Positions 37,605 through 46,678 of a stretch of DNA of 64,000 nt are shown here, piece after piece. Origin of the DNA: Candidatus Eiseniibacteriota bacterium (GTDB lineage Bacteria > Eisenbacteria > RBG-16-71-46); contig OY970178.1 of assembly GCA_963707915.1 (NCBI GenBank), positions 2,176,001 through 2,240,000 of the forward strand, read 5' to 3'. The notes beneath the pieces were generated by a model. The model saw only the letters and a list, made by a program, of their open reading frames with translations. It did not search any database and had not been told where the DNA came from. Every line of letters starts with the position of its first letter. Position 1 is the stretch's first letter. The position numbers and the translations under genes were made by a program.

Positions 37605-39104
37605 TCAGTCCTCGCCGATCCCGCTGAGCATGGACTTGAGCATGTCCTTGTAGGACGTGCGCGCGTCGTCGCTGCGCTCGCGCGAGAGCATGGAGTTCTG
37701 GTGCAGCCCCTCGAGCACGAACTCCATCGCCACCGCGGCCTCGCCGGCATCCTTCGGCTCGAGGTACCGGTCCGCCAGCGCCGCCAGCCCGTTCACGCCG
37801 GCCAGCTGGCTGGCGTACTCGGCCTGCGGCATGTCGTCCGCGATCGCGACGCCGTGCCCGGCGGTGAACCACTCGAGCACCGTGCGGTACTCGGACGGCA
37901 CCGGCTCGGGCGGCGGCATCCCGGCGGTGCGGCGCGCCCGCTTCGGCTTGAACGCATCGGGGAAGCGCTGGGAGAAGAGCGACTTGATGCCGCGACCGAG
38001 CAGCGCGCGGGCCACGTTCAGTGCCCCCTCCTGCTCGCCCTCGAGCACCAGCTCGACCTTGCCGCTCACCGCGGAGACCGCCTGCTGCAGGTCGCACACC
38101 CGCGCGACCACGCGCGGCTCGCCGGTGACCAGGCCGCGGCGCTCGGCGTTCGAGACCAGGTTCTCCATCAGCGCGATCGGGAGCCGCGCGGACACCCCCG
38201 AGTTCTGGTCCACGTACTCGCTGTGGCGCGCCTGGATGGCGACCTCCTCCACCAGCTCGCGCAGGAAACCGGGCACCGCGACATCGACGGCACCGCCGCG
38301 CTCGGTCCAGGACTCCTGCGCCGTGATGGCCATGCCGTCCTCGCGGGCCAGCGGGTAGTGGGTGATGATCTGCGAGCTGATGCGGTCCCGCAGCGGCGTG
38401 ATGATGTTCCCGCGGTTGGTGTAGTCCTCGGGGTTGGCCGAGAACACCACCAGCAGGTCGAGCGGCATGCGCACCGGGAAACCGCGGATCTGGAAGTCCT
38501 TCTCCTCGAGGATGTTCAGCAGCCCGACCTGGATCCGCGGCTGCAGGTCGGGCAACTCGTTGATGGCGAAGATGCCGCGGTTGGTGCGCGGGATGATGCC
38601 GTAGTGGATGACGCGCTCGTCCGAGTAGTCGAGCTTGAGCGTCGCCGCCTTGATCGGGTCGATGTCGCCGATCAGGTCCGCGATGGTGACGTCGGGCGTG
38701 GCCAGCTTCTCCTGGTAGCGCTGCTCGCGGCCGAGCCACACCAGCGGCGTCTCGTCGCCCAGCGTCCCGACCAGCTGGCGCGCGTGGCGGGTGACCGGGT
38801 CGAAGGGGTCGCTGTTGAGCGGGCAGCCCTCGACCGCCGGGATCCACTCGTCGAGGAAGCGTGCGAGGGAGCGCAGCAGCCGGGTCTTGGCCTGGCCGCG
38901 CAGGCCGAGCAGGATGAAGTCGTGGCGCGAGAGCAGGGCGTTCACGATCTGCGGCTCGACCGTGCGCTCGTAGCCGACGATGCCGGGGAACAGCCGCTCG
39001 CCCGAGCGGACCGCGGCGATGAGGTTCGCGCGCAACTCCTCGCGGACCGGCCGGGGCCGGTAGCCGGAGGCCTTGAGCGCTCCGAAGGTGCGGGGACGGG
39101 TCAT
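37605..39104 (-). CDS. Mg-chelatase/MoxR-like AAA+ ATPase
   Basis: Walker A GLRGQAKT, EKLATPD, AINELPDL, ANPEDYTNRG.IITPL.DR. Confidence 0.9.
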   Translation of the reverse strand: MTRPRTFGALKASGYRPRPVREELRANLIAAVRSGERLFPGIVGYERTVEPQIVNALLSRHDFILLGLRGQAKTRLLRSLARFLDEWIPAVEGCPLNSDPFDPVTRHARQLVGTLGDETPLVWLGREQRYQEKLATPDVTIADLIGDIDPIKAATLKLDYSDERVIHYGIIPRTNRGIFAINELPDLQPRIQVGLLNILEEKDFQIRGFPVRMPLDLLVVFSANPEDYTNRGNIITPLRDRISSQIITHYPLAREDGMAITAQESWTERGGAVDVAVPGFLRELVEEVAIQARHSEYVDQNSGVSARLPIALMENLVSNAERRGLVTGEPRVVARVCDLQQAVSAVSGKVELVLEGEQEGALNVARALLGRGIKSLFSQRFPDAFKPKRARRTAGMPPPEPVPSEYRTVLEWFTAGHGVAIADDMPQAEYASQLAGVNGLAALADRYLEPKDAGEAAVAMEFVLEGLHQNSMLSRERSDDARTSYKDMLKSMLSGIGED

Positions 39105-39370
39105 CGAATGGCTTCTCCTGGAGTGCCGCGGAGCCACGGCCCGGCGACGATGCGATCGTGCGACGAGCCCGGAGATCCGCGCCAGCGGCGCGCTCGCGCA
39201 AGGTCCCCGGGGCTGCGCACTTGGATGCCCGGGCCGGGGCGGGGATTCCGACGCCCGGATTAGAGTCGGTCCGGCGCCCATCCGCAAGCGGAGGCGCCCG
39301 CTCGAACCTTCCGACCGTTGCCACCCCGCGTCGGGCTCGTTCGTCAGCGCGCTGCGCTATGCTGACGGCC

Positions 39371-40519
39371 ATGCGTGACCCCGCCCTGCTCGAGGAATGC
39401 CGCGCCCTGCGGCGCGCGGTCGAGCCCTACCCGACCCTCGCGGCGCTCCGCGGCGCGCCGGAGTGGACGGAACTCGGCCCGCGCCTGCAGCGCCTGCTCG
39501 GCACGCCCCGTTTCACGCCGGCGCCCGCGGACCCGCCGCCGCCGTCCGATCCCGCGCGGGTGCGGGCCGTGCACTGGAACATCGAGCACGGCAACGAGTA
39601 CGAGCAGGTCGAGCGGGCGCTGCTCACGCACGGCGCGCTGCGCGGCGCGGACCTCGTCCTGCTCAACGAGGTGGACCTCGGCATGGCGCGCGCCGGCAAC
39701 CGGGACGTCGCCGCGGACCTCGCGCGCGCGCTCGGGCTGCACGGCGTCTTCGCCCCGCTGTTCCTCGAACTGACGCCGGGGCGCGACGACGACCTGCGCT
39801 TCGCGGCGCGGCGCGAGAACCAGGAGAGCCTGTTCGGCGTCGCCATCCTCTCGCGCTGGCCCGTCTCCGCGGTGCGCGTCGTGGAACTGCCCAGCCCCGA
39901 GCGCGTCCAGTTCGAGGTCGAGCGCATGGTCGGACGCCACGTCGGACTCGTGGCCACGATCGAGCGGCCGGGGGCGCCGTTCGTCGCGGTCGCGGCCCAC
40001 CTCGAGGTCCACCGCACGCGCGGCCACCGCGCGGCCCAGGTGCGCGTGCTCGCGGGCGCCCTGGGCGGCGAGCGGCGCGCCGTGATCCTCGCGGGCGACT
40101 TCAACTCCCACACCTTCGACCGCGGACGGTGGCACACGCCGCTGGCCGGCGCGCTGGCCCTGCTGCTGACGCCGGGCGGGGCGCTCGAGCGCCGGTTGCT
40201 GCATCCCGACGAGGGCCCGGCGCGCGAGCCGCTCTTCGACGAGCTGCGCGGCGCGGGCTTCGCGTGGACGCCGTTCACGGACCGCGAGCCCACGCTGTGC
40301 CTGCGCTTCGACCGGCTGGAGGAACTGCGCGCGCTCTTCGGCCCGGCGCACGGCCTGGCGCGCCGGATCTTCGCCCGCGCCGAGCGACGCGCGCGCCTGC
40401 GGCTCGACTGGTTCGCGGGCCGCGGCTGGAGCGGCGGGCGCGGGGCCACCGTGCCCGGACTCGACGGTCCCGGGCGGGCGAGCGACCACGCGCCGCTGGT
40501 GGCGGAGTTCAGGGAGTAG
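39371..40519 (+). CDS. Endonuclease/exonuclease/phosphatase family protein
   Basis: HWNIE, LNEVD, AILSRWP, AHLE, AGDFN, LDW, SDH motifs. Confidence 0.88.
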   Translation: MRDPALLEECRALRRAVEPYPTLAALRGAPEWTELGPRLQRLLGTPRFTPAPADPPPPSDPARVRAVHWNIEHGNEYEQVERALLTHGALRGADLVLLNEVDLGMARAGNRDVAADLARALGLHGVFAPLFLELTPGRDDDLRFAARRENQESLFGVAILSRWPVSAVRVVELPSPERVQFEVERMVGRHVGLVATIERPGAPFVAVAAHLEVHRTRGHRAAQVRVLAGALGGERRAVILAGDFNSHTFDRGRWHTPLAGALALLLTPGGALERRLLHPDEGPAREPLFDELRGAGFAWTPFTDREPTLCLRFDRLEELRALFGPAHGLARRIFARAERRARLRLDWFAGRGWSGGRGATVPGLDGPGRASDHAPLVAEFRE

Positions 40520-41315
40520 CCGGGGCGGCGCCGGGACGCCGCCCCGACGAGGTCCGGCGCGGCAGGCCGAGATCCGTGACCTGGGCGAGCTGCTCCTCGG
40601 TGAGCACCGGTCCCTCGACGCAGAGCCGGAGGCCGGAACCGTCCATGCAGCACTGTCCGCAGATCCCGAATCCGCACTTCATGGTGCGCTCGAAGCTCAG
40701 CTGGACCGGGATCCCGCCGTGGCGCAGCGCCAGCTCGCGCACGACGACGAGCATGGCCTCCGGTCCGCTGCCGTAGATCGTCGTCGGCCGGCCGCGTCCG
40801 AGCGCCCGCTCGAGCGCCCGCGTCACCGTTCCGCGCTCGCCCACGCTGCCGTCGTCGCTGCAGAGGAGCGCCGTGCCGGTCAGCTCGGGGGCGAAGACGA
40901 GGTCCGCGGCACACCGCACGCCGACCAGGAAGCGGAAGGGCAGGCCCGCCGCCTCGAGCGCGTGGGCGAGGAACCGCAGCGGCGCGACGCCGATCCCGCC
41001 CGCGACGAGGACCCCGCCGGGACGCAGCACGAAGCCCCGGCCGAAGGGCCCCCGCACCCCGATGCGGTCGCCGGCCCCGGCCTCCACCAGTCTTCGCGAG
41101 AACGGCCCCACCGCCTTGATCGTGAACTCGAAGCGGCCGTCGCGGATGTCGGAGAGCGAGAGCGGCTTCTCGTCCACGCCGGGCAACCACAGGTTCACGA
41201 ACTGCCCCGGGTGCACCGGGAACAGCTCGTCGGTGTACAGGCTCGCGAGGCCGGGCCCGTGGCGCCTGACCTCGAGCACGCGGCAGGTGCGCACGCGGGC
41301 GGGATCATGCGTCAT
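40509..41315 (-). CDS. pyrK: Dihydroorotate dehydrogenase electron transfer subunit
   Basis: PGQFVNLW, EKPLS, RGPFGRGF, AGGIGVAPL, MKCGFGICGQC...LCVEGPV. Confidence 0.92.
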   Translation of the reverse strand: MTHDPARVRTCRVLEVRRHGPGLASLYTDELFPVHPGQFVNLWLPGVDEKPLSLSDIRDGRFEFTIKAVGPFSRRLVEAGAGDRIGVRGPFGRGFVLRPGGVLVAGGIGVAPLRFLAHALEAAGLPFRFLVGVRCAADLVFAPELTGTALLCSDDGSVGERGTVTRALERALGRGRPTTIYGSGPEAMLVVVRELALRHGGIPVQLSFERTMKCGFGICGQCCMDGSGLRLCVEGPVLTEEQLAQVTDLGLPRRTSSGRRPGAAPATP

Positions 41316-42231
41316 GGGCCGCCCCGACCACGTCCGCGAGCGAGCCGAGCGCCTCGTCCCGCAGGTACTCCTCGATCCCTTCGTTGATCTCCCGGAAGAT
41401 CTCCAGGCCGCGGTAGTAGACCCCGCTGCCGATGCCCACGGCGGTGGCGCCGGCCAGGAGGAGCTGCAGCGCGCCGTCGGCGTCGGTGACTCCGCCCGTG
41501 GCGATGATGGGCAGGGCGACGGCGCGCCGGACCTCGAACACCGCGCGCACGGCCAGCGGCAGGATCGCCGGCCCCGAGAGACCGCCGACCTGGTTCGCGA
41601 GCACCGGCCGGCGCGCCCCGACGTCGATGACCATGCCGGGCCCGACCGTGTTGATGGCGGTGATCGCGCGGGCGCCGTTCTCGGCGCAGGTCCTGGCGGC
41701 CCGTCCGATGGCGCCGTAGTTCGCGGACAGCTTCACGGCGACCGGGATCGGAGCCGCCGCCTCGACCACGGCGCGAGTGACCGCCGCCAGGCTGCCGGGC
41801 TCCGACTCGAACGGGGCGCCGTACTCGGAGGCCACGTTCGGACAGGAGACGTTCGCCTCGACCAGGTCGGGCGCGGCGCCCGCGGCCAGCGCCGCGACCT
41901 CGCGGAACTCCTCGATCGTGGCGCCGAAGATGGACGCCACGATCGGGGTGGACGTTCGCCCGCGGTACTCGCGGATCTCCCGGGTCGCGGCCTCGGCCCC
42001 CGGGTTCGACAGGCCGACCGCGTTCAGCAACCCGGGCCCGGAGGAGATGATCGACGGGCCGCGGTGTCCCGCCCGCTCGCGGAGGCAGAAGGACTTGGTG
42101 GTGACCGCCCCCGCACCCGCCCGGGCCACCGCGCACAGCGAGGAGGCGGTCACCCCCAGGATCCCCGACGCCAGCACCAGGGGCGACCCGAGCGCGACGC
42201 CGGCCAGGTCCACGCGCAGGGCGGCGCTCAC
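41305..42231 (-). CDS. pyrD: Dihydroorotate dehydrogenase family 1B
   Basis: LASG, LNAVGLSNPG, NVSCPNV, VKLS, INT, GGLSGPAI; GTGA overlap with pyrI. Confidence 0.93.
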   Translation of the reverse strand: MSAALRVDLAGVALGSPLVLASGILGVTASSLCAVARAGAGAVTTKSFCLRERAGHRGPSIISSGPGLLNAVGLSNPGAEAATREIREYRGRTSTPIVASIFGATIEEFREVAALAAGAAPDLVEANVSCPNVASEYGAPFESEPGSLAAVTRAVVEAAAPIPVAVKLSANYGAIGRAARTCAENGARAITAINTVGPGMVIDVGARRPVLANQVGGLSGPAILPLAVRAVFEVRRAVALPIIATGGVTDADGALQLLLAGATAVGIGSGVYYRGLEIFREINEGIEEYLRDEALGSLADVVGAAHDA

Positions 42232-42707
42232 CCGGGCACCCGGACGAGCACCGGCAACTCCTCCAGCTCGAAGACGCGCTCGCAGAAGGCGCATCGGAAG
42301 CGGCGCCCGGCCGGCGTCTCCCGCCGGAAGCGGGTCACCACGTCGCCCTCGGAGTTCGTGATGCAGTTCGGGTTCCGGCATCGCGCCAGGCCGACGATCT
42401 CCAGGGGCACGGTGGTGGTGATCCGCTCCTGGACCCCGTAGCCCTGGATGCGCTTGAGGGTGACCCCGGAGCAGACCAGCGCCAGGTGCTCCTGCAGCCG
42501 GGGAGGGAGGTCCTGCAGCTGGAGCTTGATCAGGTCCTTGCGGCCGAGCTTCCGGCTCGAGCAGTTCAGCCCGACCGTCGTGATGACCTCGCTCATCTCG
42601 GGGTACGAGCGGATGATCGCCAGGATCTTGAGCCCGTAGCCCACGGGGATGTGGTCGATGACGATGCCCGCTTCGATCTTCGGGATGAACAGCACCGGCT
42701 CGTTCAT
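42228..42707 (-). CDS. pyrI: Aspartate carbamoyltransferase regulatory chain
   Basis: GIVIDHIP, KLGRKDLIK, CRNPNCITN...CAFCE Zn site. Confidence 0.92.
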   Translation of the reverse strand: MNEPVLFIPKIEAGIVIDHIPVGYGLKILAIIRSYPEMSEVITTVGLNCSSRKLGRKDLIKLQLQDLPPRLQEHLALVCSGVTLKRIQGYGVQERITTTVPLEIVGLARCRNPNCITNSEGDVVTRFRRETPAGRRFRCAFCERVFELEELPVLVRVPG

Positions 42708-43624
42708 GACAGGACCTCCAGCAGGTCCGCCAGGATGGCCTGGCGAACCACCACCCCGTTCCCCACCTGGTCGAAGTACTTCGCGTGCAGCGTCGGGTCG
42801 ACGTCGGTGTGGATCTCGTCGACGCGCGGCAGCGGATGGAGGATCCGCAGGTGCGCGGGCGCGCCGGCCAGCATGCCCGCGTCGAGGTGGCACGAATGCC
42901 GGACCTTCTCGAACTCCAGCAGGTCGGGAAAGCGCTCCTTCTGGATCCGGGTGACGTAGAGCGCGTCGCACGAGCGGATGGCCGCGGACAGGTCCTCGGT
43001 CTCTTCGAATGCCAGGCCCCGGCGGGAGCCTTCCTCCCGCAGGTGCGCCGGGAGACGCAGCGCCGGAGGCGACACCAGCCGGCAGTGGATCCCCGGGTAG
43101 TGTCCCAGCGCCTGGACCAGGGAATGCACGGTGCGCGAGTACTTCAGGTCGCCGGCCATCGCGATCCGGAGGCCGTCGAGCCGGCCGAAGAGCTGGCGCA
43201 GCGTGTAGAGGTCGAGGAGCGTCTGGCTCGGGTGCTGGTTGCTCCCGTCCCCCGCGTTGACCACGGGGACACGGCTCGCCTCCGCCGCCACGCGCGCGGC
43301 CCCCTCCCGCGGGTGCCGGATCGCCAGGATGTCCGCGTAGCGCTCCACCGTCCGGATCGTGTCCCGCAGCGACTCGCCCTTGGCCACGGAACTGGTCGCC
43401 GCCTCGGAGAAACCGACCGCGCCGCCCCCGAGGCGCAGCATCGCGGTCTCGAAGCTCAGCCGCGTGCGGGTGCTGGGCTCGAAGAACAGCACGCCCAGGA
43501 TGCGGCCATCGAGCAGGCGGGCCTTCTCGGCCGGACTGCGCCGCTCGAGGCCGGCCGCCAGATCGAGGTACCGGTCCAGCGTCGGCCGGTCGAGGTCATC
43601 CACGGAGACGAGGTCTCGCTTCAC
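42704..43624 (-). CDS. pyrB: Aspartate carbamoyltransferase catalytic chain
   Basis: FFEPSTRTRLSF, KGESL, NAGDGSNQHPSQ, GDLKYSRTVHS, TRIQKERF, HPLPR. Confidence 0.95.
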   Translation of the reverse strand: MKRDLVSVDDLDRPTLDRYLDLAAGLERRSPAEKARLLDGRILGVLFFEPSTRTRLSFETAMLRLGGGAVGFSEAATSSVAKGESLRDTIRTVERYADILAIRHPREGAARVAAEASRVPVVNAGDGSNQHPSQTLLDLYTLRQLFGRLDGLRIAMAGDLKYSRTVHSLVQALGHYPGIHCRLVSPPALRLPAHLREEGSRRGLAFEETEDLSAAIRSCDALYVTRIQKERFPDLLEFEKVRHSCHLDAGMLAGAPAHLRILHPLPRVDEIHTDVDPTLHAKYFDQVGNGVVVRQAILADLLEVLS

Positions 43625-44319
43625 GGGGTCGGCCCTCCCGGGGCCTCGAGTCGTTCCAGGCAGGACATGGGATCCGCGGCCCTCAGCAGGGAGCGTCCCA
43701 CGATGACGTAGTGCTTCCGGAGCGACGGGAGCCCTTCGACCCGTCCGCCCTGCGCTCCCAGGCCCGGCGAGTAGAACTCCCAGTCCCCGTCGGGGCCGAG
43801 CGCGCGGACCACGTCCGCGACTCGCGCGGGCTTCGTGAGGGGCACGACGAAGGCCGTGACCCCCAACCCGGCCGCCCGCCGGTAGGCGTCGAGCATCCCC
43901 TCGTCGGACAGGTAGCCGCCCTCGGACACCAGGTAGCGATCGTGGGTCATGACACCTCCCACGATCACCTTCCGGCCCGCATCCCGGAGCGCCGTGACGA
44001 AGCCGGCCAGGGTGGCCGGGCCGGCCTGGGGGAACACGATCACCTCGTCGATCCCGGCCCGGGACACGACCCCGGCGAAGAGCGCGGCCGTATCGGGGAT
44101 GTCCGTGCCGGCCTTCTGGTGGTCGTAGAGCAACGGTCGTCCGGACACGCGCCGGATCGCCTTCACGACGGCGCCGAGCCCATGGGTGAGCCCCAGCGCG
44201 AAGCCCAGCTTGTAGCCGTACACGGACGGCGCCCGGTCGACGGCTTCGACCAGCCGCAGCGCCTCGGCCAGGTCGTCGGTGTCCAGCGCCGGGATCCACC
44301 GTCGCGTGGCGACGCTCAT
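43621..44319 (-). CDS. pyrF: Orotidine-5'-phosphate decarboxylase (divergent motif)
   Basis: PALD, YKLG, YDHQKAGTDIPDT, SPGLGAQGG, VIVGRS; position in the pyr operon. Confidence 0.82.
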   Translation of the reverse strand: MSVATRRWIPALDTDDLAEALRLVEAVDRAPSVYGYKLGFALGLTHGLGAVVKAIRRVSGRPLLYDHQKAGTDIPDTAALFAGVVSRAGIDEVIVFPQAGPATLAGFVTALRDAGRKVIVGGVMTHDRYLVSEGGYLSDEGMLDAYRRAAGLGVTAFVVPLTKPARVADVVRALGPDGDWEFYSPGLGAQGGRVEGLPSLRKHYVIVGRSLLRAADPMSCLERLEAPGGPTP

Positions 44320-44933
44320 GCGCCCTCCTCGTGGTAGCGGCGGACGACCTGGCCACGCGGGTCCCCGCGCGATTCCAGGTACGCGGCCAGGTCCAGCATG
44401 GTGATCAGCGCGTGCACCGGCAGCCGTTCCCGATCGAAGGAGCAACCCTTCCGCGTGCGGTCGAGGACCACCAGGATGCCGTGGGGCCGCACGCCGAACG
44501 TCTCCTCCAGCAGGCGGGAGGATTCCAGCTTGGTCCCGCCGGAGCTCAGCACGTCGTCGACGACGACGACCTGGTCCTCCGCGGCGGGGCGCGGCCCGAC
44601 GAACCGGCCCCGCTCCCCGTGGACCTTGGCCTCCTTGCGGTGATAGAGGATGGACAGGGACCATCCGAGCTCCCGCCCGGCCGCCATGGCCGTCGCGGCG
44701 GCCAGGACGACGCCCTTGTACGGCGGCCCAAGCAGCAGCGTGGCCCCGGGGAAGCGCCCGCGCAGTCCGCGAGCCAGGGCTGCGCCCAGGAGCATCAGGT
44801 CGTCCCCGCGGACCACGGCCCCCAGGTCCACGAAGAACGGCGACGGCTCGCCCGACTTGAGCGTGAAGTCCCCGAAGCGCACGGCCTCGCAGCGCAGCAG
44901 CAGGGAGATCAGCGGATCGCGGGGATCGTTCAA
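44316..44933 (-). CDS. pyrE: Orotate phosphoribosyltransferase
   Basis: FGDFTLKSG, GPPYKG, RKEAKVHGE, VVVDDVLSSG; TTG start overlapping the pyrC stop. Confidence 0.9.
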   Translation of the reverse strand: MNDPRDPLISLLLRCEAVRFGDFTLKSGEPSPFFVDLGAVVRGDDLMLLGAALARGLRGRFPGATLLLGPPYKGVVLAAATAMAAGRELGWSLSILYHRKEAKVHGERGRFVGPRPAAEDQVVVVDDVLSSGGTKLESSRLLEETFGVRPHGILVVLDRTRKGCSFDRERLPVHALITMLDLAAYLESRGDPRGQVVRRYHEEGA

Positions 44934-46243
44934 CGGGTCACCTCCTCGCCCCGCACGTCGTCCGGGAAGACGGGCCCGGGGACCGTCCCGTCTCCCCCGC
45001 GCGGCGCCTCGCGATAGGCGAGCGCCCCGCCGACGAAGACCGCCTCCACGTGCCACTCGAGCCCGAGGTGGGCGTAGGGCTGGTGGGCCGCCCGCGTGAC
45101 GACCGGCCCCCGCGGGGCCCCGCGACCCAGCACGACCACGTCCGCCGGAGCGCCCGGCGCGAGGCCGAAGTCCCGCGCGAGGCGGTAGCACTCCCGGGCG
45201 CGCGCCCCGATCGCCCCGAGCGCTCGTTCCCACCCCAGCACGCCCCGCTCCACGAGGTGGGCCACGACCGGCAGGTACCACTCGATGCCCGCGATCCCCG
45301 CCGGGGCCCGTGCCCCCTGCGCCTTCTCGGCCGGCGCGTGCGGAGCGTGGTCGGTGGAGAGGAAGTCGATCGTCCCATCCCGCAGCGCCGCCCGCAGGGC
45401 GGCGGCGTCCGCCGCACCGCGCAGGGGCGGATTGACCTTCAACGGAGCCCCCTCGCGTTCGTAGTCCTCCACGGTGAGCAGGAGATAGTGAGGACAGGTC
45501 TCGCCCCAGACGTCGAAGCCCCGGTCCTTCATCTCCCGCAGCCACTCCACGTCGTCCACGGTCGAGGCGTGACAGAGGACCACGCGCGGACGTTCGACGT
45601 CGGGCAGCGACTCCAGCGCCCCGGCCAGCTTCGCCAGGCCCGACCGCACCGCCTGCCGGGGGCGGCGGAGATGGTGATCGTGCGCGTTCGCGCCGGCCGA
45701 CCGCGGCTCGAGGAAGCAGGCCTCGTCCTCGGCATGAACGGCGACGACGCGATGGCTCCGCAGCACCTCCCGCAGCGGGCCCACCTCCCGCAGCGCGGCC
45801 ACCGAGGAGGACCGGGCCATGTAGATCTTCGCCGACGCATACGGCCCGGTCCGCGGCCCGGTCTCGAAGGGGGCGTGCACGTGCAGACCCCAGTGGACCC
45901 GGCACTCGCGGCGGAAGACCTCCCGTTTCTGCTCGAGGCGCGCGGCGTCCGTGATGGGAGGAGCGTCGTTGGGCATGTCGAGGACGGCGGTGACGCCGCC
46001 CTTGAGCGCCGCCCGCGACCCGTTCGCGACTCCCTCCTTGTACTCCTGCCGGAAGCAGCGGAAGTGGGTGTGCGCGTCGATCGCTCCCGGCAGCACCAGC
46101 CGGTCGCGGACGTCCAGGACGCCGGTCGTGACCGTGCCCGCGTCCGGGGACGCCGGGAACCCGATGCGGCCCCCGCGCGCTTCCAGCGTGCCCGTCTCCC
46201 AGTTCCCCGCCTTCGACAGGTACCGGGCATGGGTCAGCAGCAT
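44930..46243 (-). CDS. pyrC: Dihydroorotase
   Basis: LPGAIDAHTHFR, GGVTAVLDMPN, VHAED, CHAST, ETCPHYL, KVNPPLR, TDHAPH. Confidence 0.9.
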   Translation of the reverse strand: MLLTHARYLSKAGNWETGTLEARGGRIGFPASPDAGTVTTGVLDVRDRLVLPGAIDAHTHFRCFRQEYKEGVANGSRAALKGGVTAVLDMPNDAPPITDAARLEQKREVFRRECRVHWGLHVHAPFETGPRTGPYASAKIYMARSSSVAALREVGPLREVLRSHRVVAVHAEDEACFLEPRSAGANAHDHHLRRPRQAVRSGLAKLAGALESLPDVERPRVVLCHASTVDDVEWLREMKDRGFDVWGETCPHYLLLTVEDYEREGAPLKVNPPLRGAADAAALRAALRDGTIDFLSTDHAPHAPAEKAQGARAPAGIAGIEWYLPVVAHLVERGVLGWERALGAIGARARECYRLARDFGLAPGAPADVVVLGRGAPRGPVVTRAAHQPYAHLGLEWHVEAVFVGGALAYREAPRGGDGTVPGPVFPDDVRGEEVTR

Positions 46244-46460
46244 GGGTGCGCACCGCGGCGCCGTGCCGCCGGGACGTCGTCGCGGACAGCCGGGGAAGCG
46301 ACGGGAAGATCGGGACGGCGGGGCCGGTCGGCGGCGGCGGGGACGAGGTGCGAGCGGGGGAGCGCGCCCGGAGTGGATCGCGGAGCGGTCGGACCCGGCG
46401 GGGGTCCGAACTCGGCCATCGCCCATGAGGGCTCCAGCGAAACCACGCTTGCCAACATGA

Positions 46461-46492
46461 CCTCGCCCTGCCTCTCGGGCCCAGTCGAGGAG
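46461..46492 (-). promoter_or_regulatory. PyrR-binding-loop-like hairpin in the pyr leader
   Basis: Minus strand CTCCTCGACTGGGCCCGAGAGGCAGGGCGAGG; core CCCGAGAGGC resembles ARUCCNGNGAGGYU within a CCUCG/CGAGG stem. Confidence 0.4.
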
Positions 46493-46543
46493 TGTGTCAA
46501 CCGACCACCGCGCCGCATCGCGGCCGCGGACATGACCGGGCGG

Positions 46544-46572
46544 AACATAGACCGGTCGGAACGCAAGGGCAA
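46544..46572 (-). promoter_or_regulatory. Candidate sigma70 promoter of the pyr operon
   Basis: TTGCCC-N17-TATGTT on the minus strand, about 300 nt upstream of pyrC. Confidence 0.45.
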
Positions 46573-46600
46573 CCCGGGACCCGCGCGGGCGCCCCCCTCC

Positions 46601-46630
46601 TTGCCGCGTCCGGCGGGGCCCGACTACAGT
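46601..46630 (+). promoter_or_regulatory. Candidate sigma70 promoter of the divergent oxidoreductase gene
   Basis: TTGCCG-N18-TACAGT. Confidence 0.4.
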
Positions 46631-46678
46631 GCCCGGTCCGGTCACCACCTTCCGGCCCCTCCCACGCTCGGAGCCCGC

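Noticed and set aside
46495..46500. Perfect TTGACA -35 box on the minus strand upstream of pyrC
   Set aside because: No -10-like hexamer at 16-18 nt spacing; a better promoter candidate lies at 46544-46572.
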